NCBI GenBank assembly: GCA_030264375.1
Contig: JASCQW010000043.1
Location: 85,883,898 to 85,947,897, forward strand
Direction: 5' to 3'
Origin: Carcharhinus longimanus
Taxonomy: Eukaryota
DNA: 64,000 bases
The position numbers and the translations under genes were made by a program. Below are positions 52,630-64,000 of the stretch, one piece after another. Position 1 is the first letter of the stretch. Each line of letters opens with the position of its first letter. The notes below the pieces were generated by a model that was not told the DNA's origin, ran no database searches, and saw only the letters and a program-made list of their open reading frames with translations.

Positions 52630-53808
52630 TTACTGTTGGTTTGAATTTCTGGCAGTGCTTATATGAAAATATTTTTTGTAAATTAGGACCATGGGATGAA
52701 ACTGGTGCGAAAGGGCCCAATAAGATGGTGGTAATATCAGTACCATCCACTAACTACACTTTAATATTTAGAGCTGGAAATTTAAACTAGTAACATTGCA
52801 AATTCATAAGAAGATGATTGAGTCTAGACTTGGATATTATTTCCAATTTTAACTCAAACTGGTAGGATATTCAAGATGAACAGAATAGAGAGAGATGAAA
52901 GTTGCTTTACATCAAGACAAAAATGGTATTAATGAATCCTTCATCTTTTATAACAATCAATAGTAACGTATAACCAATTGTTAAAAAATATGGAAGTGAT
53001 TTTGAGCCTGCACTCTCCGTCTGTGGGAATAATACCCTGTGCTCAAAATCCGGAGTGTGCAATACACACTGGCAAGCTTCCAAGTTCCAGACTTACTGGC
53101 TGCTTGCTGGTTTGATTTGCATGAAACATGCCACAGGACTGCAGAAAGCTCACTTTAACACATCAGTGTGTCATTAACGAGCACTCTCTCTGGGAGTGGC
53201 ACTGGGACTGCACCCACCCACCCAGCTGGACATTCAGTGGGCTCCGGTGTGCCATTATGCTACAGCCATTTACAACTAGTTCATCTGCATGTGTCTCCCT
53301 AGGGTTGTAAAGGTCAACATAGCCGCCAGGAGAGAGGAACACGGCCAGGCAGTGACATGTGAGTGTCCATGAAGTGGACAGAGGGGCATGGCCATTGCTT
53401 GGGGGAGGTGGGAGGAGAATGCTNNNNNNNNNNNNNNNNNNNNNNNNNNNNNNNNNNNNNNNNNNNNNNNNNNNNNAGGGGGCCAATGATGAAAAGGGGG
53501 CAGAGAGAAGTGGCTGATTACCGAGGGAGTTGGTGTGGGAAGAGCTGCTGACGCTGATGGGGAGGTGGTGGGGGGAGGGGGGTGGGAGGGACGCCCCTGA
53601 GATCTCTGTGGTGGTCTGGGGAAGGTTCACTCAGATTCTGATTGGGTCGCCCTTTTAAGATGGCCCACCCATCTCTGGTCAGCTGGGTTTTGACAGCAAG
53701 TTAAGGCCCCGCACCCCTTATGATGGCTTGAAATGTGCCCACTTGATTTTGTTTTTGACAGAGTGGCATAAGATCTGGAGAGAAGACTGACCAGCTTCTC
53801 TGGAGAGA

Positions 53809-53928
53809 GTACAGTAAGAAGTCTCACAACACCAGGTTAAAGTCCAAATAAACCTGTTGGACTTTAACCTGCTGTTGTGAGATCTCTTACTGTGCCCACC
53901 CTAGTATAACGCCAGCATCTCCACACCA
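53809..53928. mobile_element. Hairpin Penelope-derived insertion with ~12 bp TSD
   Basis: TCTCTGGAGAGA (53797-53808) / TCTCTAGAAAGA (53929-53940); inverted arms GTAAGAAGTCTCACAACACCAGGTTAAAGTCCAA / TTGGACTTTAACCTGCTGTTGTGAGATCTCTTAC. Confidence 0.85.
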
Positions 53929-55024
53929 TCTCTAGAAAGAAACACACCAGTTTTCCTGCCGGAAACAACACTCTGCCATTTATTGGGAAAATTCCACCTC
54001 TTTTTTGTATTTTTACATCTTAAAGCAGCTCACCGTCAGGCTGTGGGATAAGGAAGCTATTCAACAAGGAGGAAGGCGAAAGACACCCACCGCAATTGGG
54101 CAAAGAACAACAGATAATGGAAATCAGTAAGTTACGGAACAAGAAAGAGAAATATAAAACTCTTCAAATTAAAAATGGATACCCTCATAAAAGACATGAA
54201 TCCCTCTTCCGGGTGTTCCTTCACCAAAATAAATAAATGAAAACAGTGAATCATCTTCTGCTTTCTCAGTTGCCTCACAAACATAGAGGACAACAGCCAA
54301 GCAAATCTAAAAGCTGTAAATTGCGAAAAGCTGANNNNNNNNNNNNNNNNNNNNNNNNNNNNNNNNNNNNNNNNNNNNNNNNNNNNNNNNNNNNNNNNNN
54401 NNNNNNNNNNNNNNNNNNNNNNNNNNNNNNNNNNNNNNNNNNNNNNNNNNNNNNNNNNNCTGCCTGTGGAGAATTTTCTCCGACTTGCACTGTGAAGCTT
54501 CATCACCAGCCTCAAACCACGGCTTATTTCTAATGAGGCTTTTCTGGTTGCATTAAAAAAAAGGTTGAAAGGAATCAATATAAAATGATGGTGCAATTAA
54601 ACACATGTTAATGACTTATTTATGCATCATCCCTTGGGTGTGTTTGGATAAAAAGCCACTGCACTGTCAGGGCGAGTGAAAAATCAAGGTCACCTTATTA
54701 AAACGTTTGGCAGAATATACAACAGTCTTTAATTTCACTGACAATGCAGTTTGGAAAAAGGATTCTTAATATATTGTAGCTGTTTTAAGAAAAGGAACAT
54801 GATTTCTTTACATAATCTGCAAATATTAATGAGGATCGGTTTATTATCCAGAGCTGATTTGAGAAAAGGTGAAAATGTACTGAAATTGTCAACAATAGCA
54901 AATGAATGGTCATTGCATTTGTTGGACGTTCCACTGTATGCTATTTTAATGGATTTGTTACGCTAATATAAAACTGCTCTTTCCTTGGTGACGCTCATAT
55001 GGAGAGGCCACACACTCTTAAATT

Positions 55025-55195
55025 GAATAAAAGCAAATTGCTGCGGATGCTGGAATCTGAAACCAAAAGAGAAAATGCTGGTAAATCTCAACTGGTCTGG
55101 AAGCATCTGTAAGGAGAGAAAAGAGCTGATGTTTCGAATTCAGATGATGCTTTGTCAAAGCTAAAAGACATCGAAAGTGAGATATTTATATTAAA
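55025..55195 (-). mobile_element. Penelope-like pLTR fragment
   Basis: AAAAGCAAATTGCTGCGGATGCTGGAATCTGAAAC..., same family as 14102. Confidence 0.8.
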
Positions 55196-56283
55196 TTGAA
55201 GGTTCTTTGTACTTGTTCACAGAATAGTGTACATTGACTGGTTAAATATGCAATTTTAAGTGTGTTATTTCTTTAGGATTATCCAAATGTCTATTAAAAA
55301 TTGTAAAAAGGAAAAATCCTAATTTACAGTAAAAATGCTGATGCATAACGTTAATGCCTGCAATTTGCCACATATTTTGTTTGATATTGATATTAATTCA
55401 GTGTGCCTACACAACTCAGTACCAAACATTTGCTTGAAGAAATGATCCATGCTAATGAGCTTTGAAATGACTGTTGTGTGATATTTGGGGACAAATTCAA
55501 TAATTCTGATTTTGAAATAAATCTCACTATACAAATTTGGAAAGATAAAATAATTTATATTATCTTATGCTCTACCAGTCAAGGTTAATAATAGATGCAT
55601 GTGAATTAATAGGCAAATTATGATCATATACTCCACACTGCACAATAAATAGCAGATGCAACCAAGACAGGTTCCATGGATTTCTCAACCACCCACCCAC
55701 CCAGATACCAGCAAACAGTCCACCAATGTTGTTGGCTGCACACTACAATCATTTAAAGTAATAGGCAGTGCAAAGTTTTTATGCTACCTCCGTCAGAAGC
55801 CACGCACCCAGGGTAATCACTCATTGTGATCCTCAGACCTGCTTTTAGGTCTTATTGAATATTGCAGCCAGCGTCTCCAGCCCAAACTCACTAATGGCAG
55901 GCTAGGTATTGATCAAATTCCGAAGTACAAAACAGTTCAAATCAATATGTAGATAAGTAACATAGATGTACAACTTTTGAGGCGGGAGCTGAGTAGAACT
56001 AGAGCAATTATCTGCTTCATTATCTGGGTGATAATCAGATAGAGCAGGGTCTGCCCTTGCCTGGGCAGCAGAGTTGAAGCCAATTCTTAATGGCTTAACT
56101 CTACCTGGTATTGAGTTGAAAATTATTTTGATTGACCTAAAACTTGCTATAAGACGGAGGGGGGGTGGGGGGGTGGCTGACAGAGCTGTGTAGCTGAGGG
56201 ACATATTGGTTAGGCAGAGCCAGGTTTTATCAGCAATATATGCAAACCGACCTTTTTCTATAAATGAATGCATAAGGGAAATC

Positions 56284-56458
56284 AAGGATGTAGATACCTA
56301 TATAGAACGTAGGAGGATGGTCTTCAATGTCAAACATGCCCTTGGTTTATGGATCAAAACGATAATCCAATTGCCAGGACTGCAGTTCCTGCAAGCCAGA
56401 ACAAGAAATTAAAGCCAAACAGCAGATATTTAACACACTTCATGCCACCGTGCACCAT
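56284..56458 (-). pseudogene. CD9: Intronless, disabled 5' fragment of a CD9-like tetraspanin (processed pseudogene)
   Basis: [32 protein letters not shown], then a frameshift, then RFDP*TKGMFDIEDHPPTFYIGIYIL; compare human CD9 [45 protein letters not shown]...FYTGVYIL. Confidence 0.88.
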
Positions 56459-57760
56459 CTTGATGCTGAAGAATAGGGAGGTTCCAGTCCAGGAGGGGGT
56501 TGTTGCTGTTGGTGCAGATGAGGTGACTGTAGGCATTGATTCTTGGGCCACTCCAGGGGTGACTGTCCAGGATCAAAAGAAGAGGTCATTGCTCAAAATA
56601 TGCTCATTGGGTTCAATTACATATGACAAAAGTACATGAGTTCAATTTCATGGAGAAGAGAGATAATGGAGAAAGATAATGTGATTATGCACATCAAATA
56701 TTCTAGATATATCAAAGAGGACATGAAAGGATAACAATAGGTTGTAATCCCAGAAGAAGTCAATTATAACTTTGGGTAAGGGATTCTTGGTGCTATTTGC
56801 AGTATTTAAGTTGTATTATTGGGGATTAAAGGGCATGAAGCTGGGAGATGCTAACACAGGGGGAATGGAGTTGGGACAATAATTGCAGATGGCAGTTTGG
56901 AGTAATAGCTGTAGTTTGGAGAGGGAGTGCCAATTTGGCAGTGCCAACCTGTGCCAGCAGGCAGTGTCAGGCCATTGCCTGGGCATGTCCCTCTCCTACT
57001 GGGGGGGGGGGGGGGGGCTATACATAGCTTNNNNNNNNNNNNNNNNNNNNNNNNNNNNNNNNNNNNNNNNNNNNNNNNNNNNNNNNNNNNNNNNNNNNNN
57101 NNNNNNNNNNNNNNNNNNNNNNNNNNNNNNCCCCCGAGACATAGCTTGGCACACCTGGCAGGATGCCCTTGACTGTTTCCCATGTTCATAAAGCTGTTGT
57201 GAATATTCAGTGAGGGGGGATCATGTGAAGGGTTGGCCCTTTTATTGATATGCAGATTAATTGAAATGTATTTAAATGCCAGAAAGGGTGAGCATCTCGT
57301 TTCATCAGCAGCGAGGGGGTGGGGAAAATCGGGAAACAAAGTCTTGCCTGCGAGAACCCGTTTCTTGCGCTACTTTGCACCTGCATTGCCATTGTAGCTG
57401 ATGGTTCATGTGGGAACAAAATCACACCCCTTGGACCACACCCCCATCCCAACCCCACAAGTCTGTTATTATCGTTTTTTTGTCTTAGATATGGCTGTGA
57501 GTCTGGACTTGCAGATAAGGCAGAGGTAATGCTGCTGATAAACTCTCCCTTTAATTGAACATTAGGCTAACTATTTGCAATACAGACTTAACAGAAGGAT
57601 CTACGCAGAACTATCTCTCAACATGCTCTGTTGTTATGTGATCTTACATCACTGATGATGTAGACGTTATATTTGCATATTTAACATTTTATACTAAAAC
57701 GAGTTATGGATCCAACTTGAATTTGACCAGCTTGGGCATTCTGGCCTAAGAGATAAAATT

Positions 57761-57886
57761 GGGGGGAATTTTCCCATCCCCCACCGCAAGAATTGTGGTG
57801 GGCAGGGGGGCAGATCATGCAATGGTCCATTGACCTCGAGTGGGATTTTCCAGTTTTGGGGTGAACGCATTCTGAAAGTCCTGCCC
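57761..57886. mobile_element. Harbinger-type MITE with ATT TSD
   Basis: GGGGGGAATTTTC / GAAAGTCCTGCCC, ATT on both sides. Confidence 0.82.
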
Positions 57887-59349
57887 ATTAAGACTGGAGA
57901 AAGGTCTCCTGCAACCTCAAGCCTTGTGTTATCTTACTCTGATGACAGCCTTCCCACTTCCATTGTTTCTTGCTCTCTCCCACACAAACATCCCTACAAC
58001 AGCAGAAGCGTCACATCCAATATTGTGCACACAAGTAACCGTATTCATCGTTATCTCTTCCTTTGTCATTGTGGTCCAGAAGCATTGACTCTGAGCTCTG
58101 CCTGTGGAGGGTGTAACCACAAAACATTCTGCATCTCTCTTATTTAACACTTCAGACATCAACACAGCCACACAAATCCCCAGGGATTCAATTAGTGAAC
58201 ATGGATAAGAAGCACTGGTTGAAGTAGAATTGACAGGTGAGCAAGAGGAAATGTTGAGAAGGAGTATGAATCTATTAGCTGGTTGACCATACGAGTGCTA
58301 TCAATGATCCTCTGTGTCTTTGTTACATGCTTGGTTCATCTATCACTTTGGCACTTAGAGAGGTGCAGTGATGTGAAGGATTAGTACAGTAGTCAATTTC
58401 CTGCATGCTTAAGGTACAGGTTGTCTGAAGCTGGGCCTTCAGGAGAGGCATTTACCTTGTGACAGCTTCCTTTCTGCGAAGCAGAGTGACAAAAGGCAGG
58501 TCTCATCTGTGTTCGCAGGAAGGAGTGTTAGGAAAAGAAAACATGGTGCTGAGATAATGTGAAAATTATAGGAACATGATGTGGTTAAAAAAATGACTAT
58601 CCTGTTAATGATGGTGCAGGAGATCGGACAGAATTTAAAAACCAGCAAAGAATGAGTAAAACAAATAAGGAAGAAATGAGTGAAATATAGCTTGAAATAT
58701 AAGGGCAGATATGGAGGGGATGTCCGTGAGAACGTTGGCGGGGCCTCAAGATCAGAAAGTCTCAGATTGCGCCAGTGAGATTGCAAAATTCTGTCTTCAC
58801 CCCTCGCTGGCAATGCCATCAGGTTCATGCCGATAATGGGAATTAACCTGATTTACATTCAGTTAAATATATTTCAATATTATTACCATACTGCCTTCCT
58901 CGGTATTGATCCCTCAATGTATTTTCAAATCGTGCCAACGTGCTGTCATGTATCTGAGGTGGTGCTTGGGTCAGAGAGAGGATGTGACAGTACTTCCTCC
59001 AAGGGTTCTGTCTCTCACCCTCGGAGGGGGATGATAGACTGGCATCAGTATTCTTTCAGGTGAAAGAGGTTTCATCTGTGCCAAACAGGCAGAAGAAAGG
59101 GTTGCCTTTACAAAGCTTTCCACAGCTACGCAAGGTCACAATGCTCAGCAACATTAGTCAAGCGCAACATGAGATATGACACAATCACTCACAAAAACAT
59201 CAAAAGCTTTTGACTGGGAGGTTGCCCTAGCTCATAGCACTGGGACAGGATTTTTAACATTCATTGAATGCCAAGCATCAATCCACCTCCAGCTTTCCCG
59301 ATACCTTCTTTCTCACAGTTTCAGCTATTTGCTCCCTCTCACCAGACTC

Positions 59350-59960
59350 ATGCCTTCCAATTTCACCACTGCTAATCGACCTGAAGGATTTGGCTGGGGA
59401 CGGCAAGAGTACGTCCTCCTCATACAGCATTAGTATCACAGGTTCAGGGATGCCACCTCCAGTTTGGCATCTCCCCTGGGCATTGTGTGCACACTTCTCC
59501 TGAAAATGGGTGCAACATTGCAATAATTAACACTGTTAGGTTAATCGAAGGCCTATGCCTTCCCCACCCCTATCCCCACTTGATCAAAATGAAAAGTGCA
59601 CAAGACATCGCTACCAAGGCTTTTACTACATCATGTGTTTTAGACCTCCAAACAACCCTCAGTGGCCTCCATCCCTCACCATGCTACCCAGTAGTTTCCT
59701 GGCACAGAAATAAACATTCTGAGGACTTATTCACTCTGACCGACTTCAGGAGGTGGTTGACCCTTTTCTGGCATTGTGTCCAAGTGTGAGGCACTACACT
59801 GCTGACATCCACTGCTGCCTCCTCTCAGGCTGATTTTCTGAACAAGAGAACCCTCCTTTTTGGCTGGCATTAGTTGCTGCCATCTGGTGGACATAACTCA
59901 CAGGAAGGCATGTAAAGATTCATCATCAAATCTTGGGCCTGCTTTGGTCTGCGCCCCTGC
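59350..59960 (-). mobile_element. Harbinger ORF2 (Myb/SANT-like, two exon-like blocks) remnant
   Basis: GPRFDDESLHAFL...A*EEAAVDVSSVVPHTWTQCQKRVNHLLKSVRV, then TTTTCAG acceptor and EKCAHNAQGRCQTGGGIPEPVILMLYEEDVL. Confidence 0.75.
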
Positions 59961-60299
59961 TTCTCACCTTACTCACTTTCCTTGGCCATCTAGGAAGGGA
60001 AACATACTGTAAGTACAAAATTCCTCGATGTTAAGATCTGGAAAGCATGCTCATGATCAAATTGAATGCCACGTGTCATCAATGGCAAAAAAATCTTGCA
60101 CTGTTGGCATTTTAGGGAAAGATGAAACAGATTCACAATTACCTGAAAAGTCTTCAAACATTTCCAATTGTAAAATTCTGCACATTGGTGTGGAATGAAC
60201 ACGTTTGCTGGGCCACCTGAGACTGCCAGATGGCCGTTTAAAAGAGAACCAAGAACTGCTGCCAGGTCAGGGTCAATGACCTCAGATGCCAAACAAGGG

Positions 60300-60645
60300 A
60301 GCATTATCAGGGTAAACACATGGGGTTACATGGACTGAGCCTGGACGGGATCATTGTCAGTGTAGGTTTGATGGGCCAAATGGCCTCCTTCTGCACTGTA
60401 GGGATTCTATGATTCTATGCCACCTTCCAGCGGTGATTGGGCATAGAATCACTGCCTCACTGCCTTTGGGCCTCTAGGCCAACAAACCCACCCTTCAGCC
60501 CAAAATTGCCCAGGGTGGCATGGTGGCACAGTGGTTAGTACTGCAGCCTTACAGTGCCAGGGACCTATGTTCGATTCCTGGCTTGGGTCACTGCCTGTGT
60601 GGAGTTTGCACATTCTCCCTGTGCCTGCATGGGTTTTCCTATGGG
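60300..60645 (+). mobile_element. Two separate HE1 fragments (tail 60300-60418, head 60512-60645)
   Basis: Tail motif precedes a head motif. Confidence 0.85.
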
Positions 60646-60919
60646 TGCCATTGATCTTAATGACTGGAGGAGCTTGCCACCCTTTGTCTAGTATGGTGAC
60701 AACCAGTTCATCAAAACACATCATACTTTGAGTCTCAATACTTTAATTATGAATCATAGTAGTGGCAGAGAAGGCAAGAATAGGAACAAGATCTTGGTCC
60801 ATCGGCCCAATGAGTCAAAAGGCAAGACAAAAATCAGACTGTCAGTCACATGAAGACCCATGGCATAAGCTCACAACCCTGAGTAGACATCACAGCTGAC
60901 AACAGCTGTATACATATGA

Positions 60920-61112
60920 GAACTACTGTTGGTGACTAAGTGTGCCATTGGTATCAAAGCATTGGTGTTGGTGAATAACCATTGCTCTTGGTGATCGCAC
61001 AACACTATTGGTAGTAAGCTGCACTACTGATGACTAAGGAGTGTTATTAGTGAGTGAGTCTAGCTTGATGGAAGAGTCCTATTGGTAAGTGGAAGTGTCT
61101 TTGGTGAGGAAG
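60920..61112. repeat. Degenerate 19-20 bp periodic array, ~10 units, TTGGTRA core
   Basis: Cores at 60929, 60948, 60968, 60988, 61008, 61027, 61047, 61065, 61082, 61101. Confidence 0.75.
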
Positions 61113-62339
61113 CCACATAATAGCCATTAGATCCAGCATGGGATTAATTTAAATAATTTTGTCATGTTTCAGGCTGGCTCTGGACATCACTGGAGTCTCC
61201 AAGATCATTGCAATTCCACTGTCTACATTTGCCAATACAGAGGCTCTACAGAGTCTCATAAAACCCAAGCATTTGTTTTTGTAATTAGCCTAGTACATCC
61301 TGATCATGATGGTCACAGTGTCTGTGGATTTATTAATGGCTCTTGTCAAACGCTAATGGATCCAATAACTATGCCTATGCAATCCCAGTGTTCTCAAAGT
61401 CCAGGCAATGAATCAGCAGCAAAGAGATGTTCTCTGTTCTGCTCAATTCCTTTAAACAAATTCCAAGATCATCACCAGAGACCGAATAAGTAAAGCAATA
61501 TTGGTTGGAAGAAAGGATGAGAATCGTGCTCTTCATTTTAACGTCTCTGTAGCCTTGTTGTACAATTTGTTATGGGGTGAGATGCTGAAATACATATTGG
61601 ATAATGATTTTGTCCTGATTCATTAGTTTAATCATTAATAGTTCTATTTTATGCTGCAACCTTCTGCTCAAAATCTGTCCTTTGATAATTTGGTCCTTGT
61701 ACAAAGATTTCATCTTGTTGTTATATTAATAATAGGCAATAGCAAGGCTCCTTTTAATGTTTTTCTCCTCACACCAACATTTACAGCTGTTCAGTCAGCG
61801 GAAGGATATATGGTAATGTTACCAAATCTAGTCTTGTGGTGTTCTGAATTAATAGTTTGCAATAGGATGCTGGCAGTGGGAACATAGACTTGGCCTAGGT
61901 GGATATGGATGAATTATTAGAATTCACTGTATGAAACCTATTGGTCTTGAAAGAATTGAGCAGAACGCAAGGTGGATAAATTTGTGTTCCCTGATGGTGT
62001 GTAGGGAGTTGATGAAGGCCAGATTTACGGTAGCACTATACCTGACCATAATTTTCCCAACATTATAAGTTATTTAAATTGTCCTGGGGGACAAGGAGGC
62101 AACAATAGGATGTGTTTGTTTAAGAAGTGTGACAATTGTGTAATTGCAGGCAAGATTTTACAAAGTCATCCAGAGACAAACTATAGGGCTGGAATGTTCT
62201 TGCTATTTCATTGTTTTTTTCAGAGTGTAAATGGGGCAAGAATTTTTCTTTGCCTAACCATACCCTCCCCATGATGCTGCAGACCCTCAGTTTATGCATA
62301 GCCGTCATTGTAACAGTCAGCACAGCTAGGGATGAGGGA

Positions 62340-63322
62340 GATCATAGTATCTATACAGTGCAGGAAGAGGCCATTTGGCCCATTGAGTCTACCTGACAAA
62401 ACCTTCTACCAGTGCCAGGTTTAGGCATAAGCTAAACAAGCTACAGCTCAGGGCCTCACAAAATTTCAGAAGGTTTACAATGAAGAGAACATTTAAAAGC
62501 GGATACCAGAAAAGAAAAAGAAAGCACNNNNNNNNNNNNNNNNNNNNNNNNNNNNNNNNNNNNNNNNNNNNNNNNNNNNNNNNNNNNNNNNNNNNNNNNN
62601 NNNNNNNNNNNNNNNNNNNNNNNNNNNNNNNNNNNNNNNNNNNNNNNNNNNNNNNNNNNNNNNNNNNNNNNNNNNNNNNNNNNNNNNNNNNNNNNNNNNN
62701 NNNNNNNNNNNNNNNNNAAATGTGAGCATTGCAGAGCCGACATCCACAGTTGAAACAATAAAATTCATGAAACTCAATGATGTAGGTCAATGCGGTGTCT
62801 TAGCCAAGGATGAACTCTCATACTGGAACCATAGGGGTTCTTCAGAGTGTCAACACTGGAACAGCCCATTTGAAAACTCAAAGCGGTCATTCAAAAATTA
62901 AGATCGATATTGTTCAAAAGATCTTTTAAATTTTTTTGTGGCAACCCAATGTCCTGTTTTCGTACGCACCTTTGTGAGACCTTTTGATGTAACTTTTTAA
63001 CAGGGGATCCAAGCTTTATATAGCTTAGGGTCTCACCAAGTCTAAATCCAGCACTGCCCTCTGCCCTATCCCTGTAACCCCACATATTTGCCCTGCTAAT
63101 CCCCTTAACGTGTATGTTTTGAGACACTAAGAGACAATTTTGCATGGTCAATCCACCTAATCTGCATATCTTTGAACTATGGGAGGAAACTGGAGCACCC
63201 GGAGGAAACCCATGCAGACATAGGGAGAATATGCAATCTCCACACGGACAGTGACCCAAGGCTGGAATCAAACCTGGGTCCCTGGCACTGTGAAGCAACA
63301 GTGCTAACCACTATGCCACCCA
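62340..63322 (-). mobile_element. HE1 SINE split by a hAT insertion
   Basis: Tail 62340-62409; body and head 63057-63322. Confidence 0.92.
62410..63056 (+). mobile_element. Internally deleted hAT (Tip100/ZMYM1-like) DNA transposon
   Basis: 15 bp imperfect TIR CAGTGCCAGGTTTAG / CTAAATCCAGCACTG; 8 bp flanks CCTTCTAC/CCCTCTGC; transposase N-terminus MKRTFKSGYQKRKRK...YWNHRGSSECQHWNSPFENSKRSFKN*DRYCSK. Confidence 0.85.
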
Positions 63323-63821
63323 GATGCTGGCAAAGATGCTGGCAAAGAGAATGTTGAGGACAAAGCCACCAAGGTAAAACAGCTCATGCCAAGTATTCGG
63401 CTTCCCCTTTCAGGGCACCAAGTCAATGAGGGTGAGACCAATCTTCCCAATAATGCCCTTCAGAGATGGCATCATCAGTGTCTTCATGTCGGGTCCTGCC
63501 TGCTGCCATGGGATAAGGACTTCCTCAGTCCTATCATGCTTACTGTGTGGCATGAGAAGCCAACCCCATCTTGTAGTCTTGGTCCTCAACCTGGGAACAC
63601 AAGAATGAGTGACCACATCTGTTCCACAGGAGCAGATACAGTATTTCCCTGGAAGGCTGGGGGTGTTTAAAAATTTTTGCATCGATAACACTGAAAAAAT
63701 AGTCAGAAAGAAGTGCAGGTGTCTGCAAGTGGAATGACAAAAATAAAAAAAAACTTGCCTTCCGCTTGCAGAAATCAGTTCTCAAAAATCTTTGGCTTCT
63801 TTTTTAGGAGCACCTGACAAC

Positions 63822-64000
63822 TATAGAAACATAGAATCCCTACAGTGCAGAAGGAAGCCATTAGATGTATCGAGTCTGCACTGACTCTCCAAAGTGCATC
63901 TTACCGAGGCCCAACACTTCCACTCTATTCCCTGTAACCCGACACACTTACCATAGCTAATCGACCTGATCTACGCATCCTGGGACATTAAGGAATAATT
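63822..64000 (-). mobile_element. HE1 SINE 3' part (runs off the window)
   Basis: ATAGAAACATAGAATCCCTACAGTGCAGAAGGAAGCCATT tail. Confidence 0.88.

Noticed and set aside
56354-56551. Reading the 65 aa ORF as a functional first exon of CD9
   Set aside because: It runs through conserved intron positions and then has a frameshift and a premature stop; no downstream tetraspanin exons occur in the following 56 kb
60920-61112. CRISPR-like repeat-spacer interpretation of the periodic array
   Set aside because: The core is only ~7 nt with a 19-20 nt period, the context is eukaryotic and there are no cas genes
63321-63348. Short tandem duplications (AGATGCTGGCAA twice; CTCTGATGCTGC twice near 41063-41088)
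   Set aside because: Ordinary slippage duplications with no further structure

Overview
Vertebrate genomic DNA, almost certainly from a shark or other elasmobranch: it carries many HE1/V-SINE copies, CR1/HER1-type LINEs and shark-type Penelope termini. It comes from a gapped draft assembly with many N-runs of about 100 bases. I find no intact protein-coding gene and no convincing multi-exon structure, so the window looks like a large intron or intergenic region. Most of it is layered transposon debris: CR1 and L2 LINEs, two tRNA-headed SINE families, Penelope-like elements (RT/GIY-YIG remnants, hammerhead cores and short hairpin insertions with 12-13 bp target duplications), PIF/Harbinger transposase and Myb/SANT remnants with ~125 bp MITEs (3 bp TSDs), an internally deleted hAT element nested in a SINE, and three solo LTRs. 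The only host-gene-derived sequence is an intronless, disabled 5' fragment of a CD9-like tetraspanin (56284-56458, minus). Other notable structures are a ~275 bp inverted duplication, a cryptic 19-20 bp periodic array, CTCF-like motifs and TE-poor islands that may be conserved non-coding elements. I cannot support a wholly new biological system; the hairpin/hammerhead Penelope derivatives and the CD9 retrocopy are the best leads. Repeat boundaries without a TSD or TIR are approximate, and family names come from recalled consensus motifs, not database searches.
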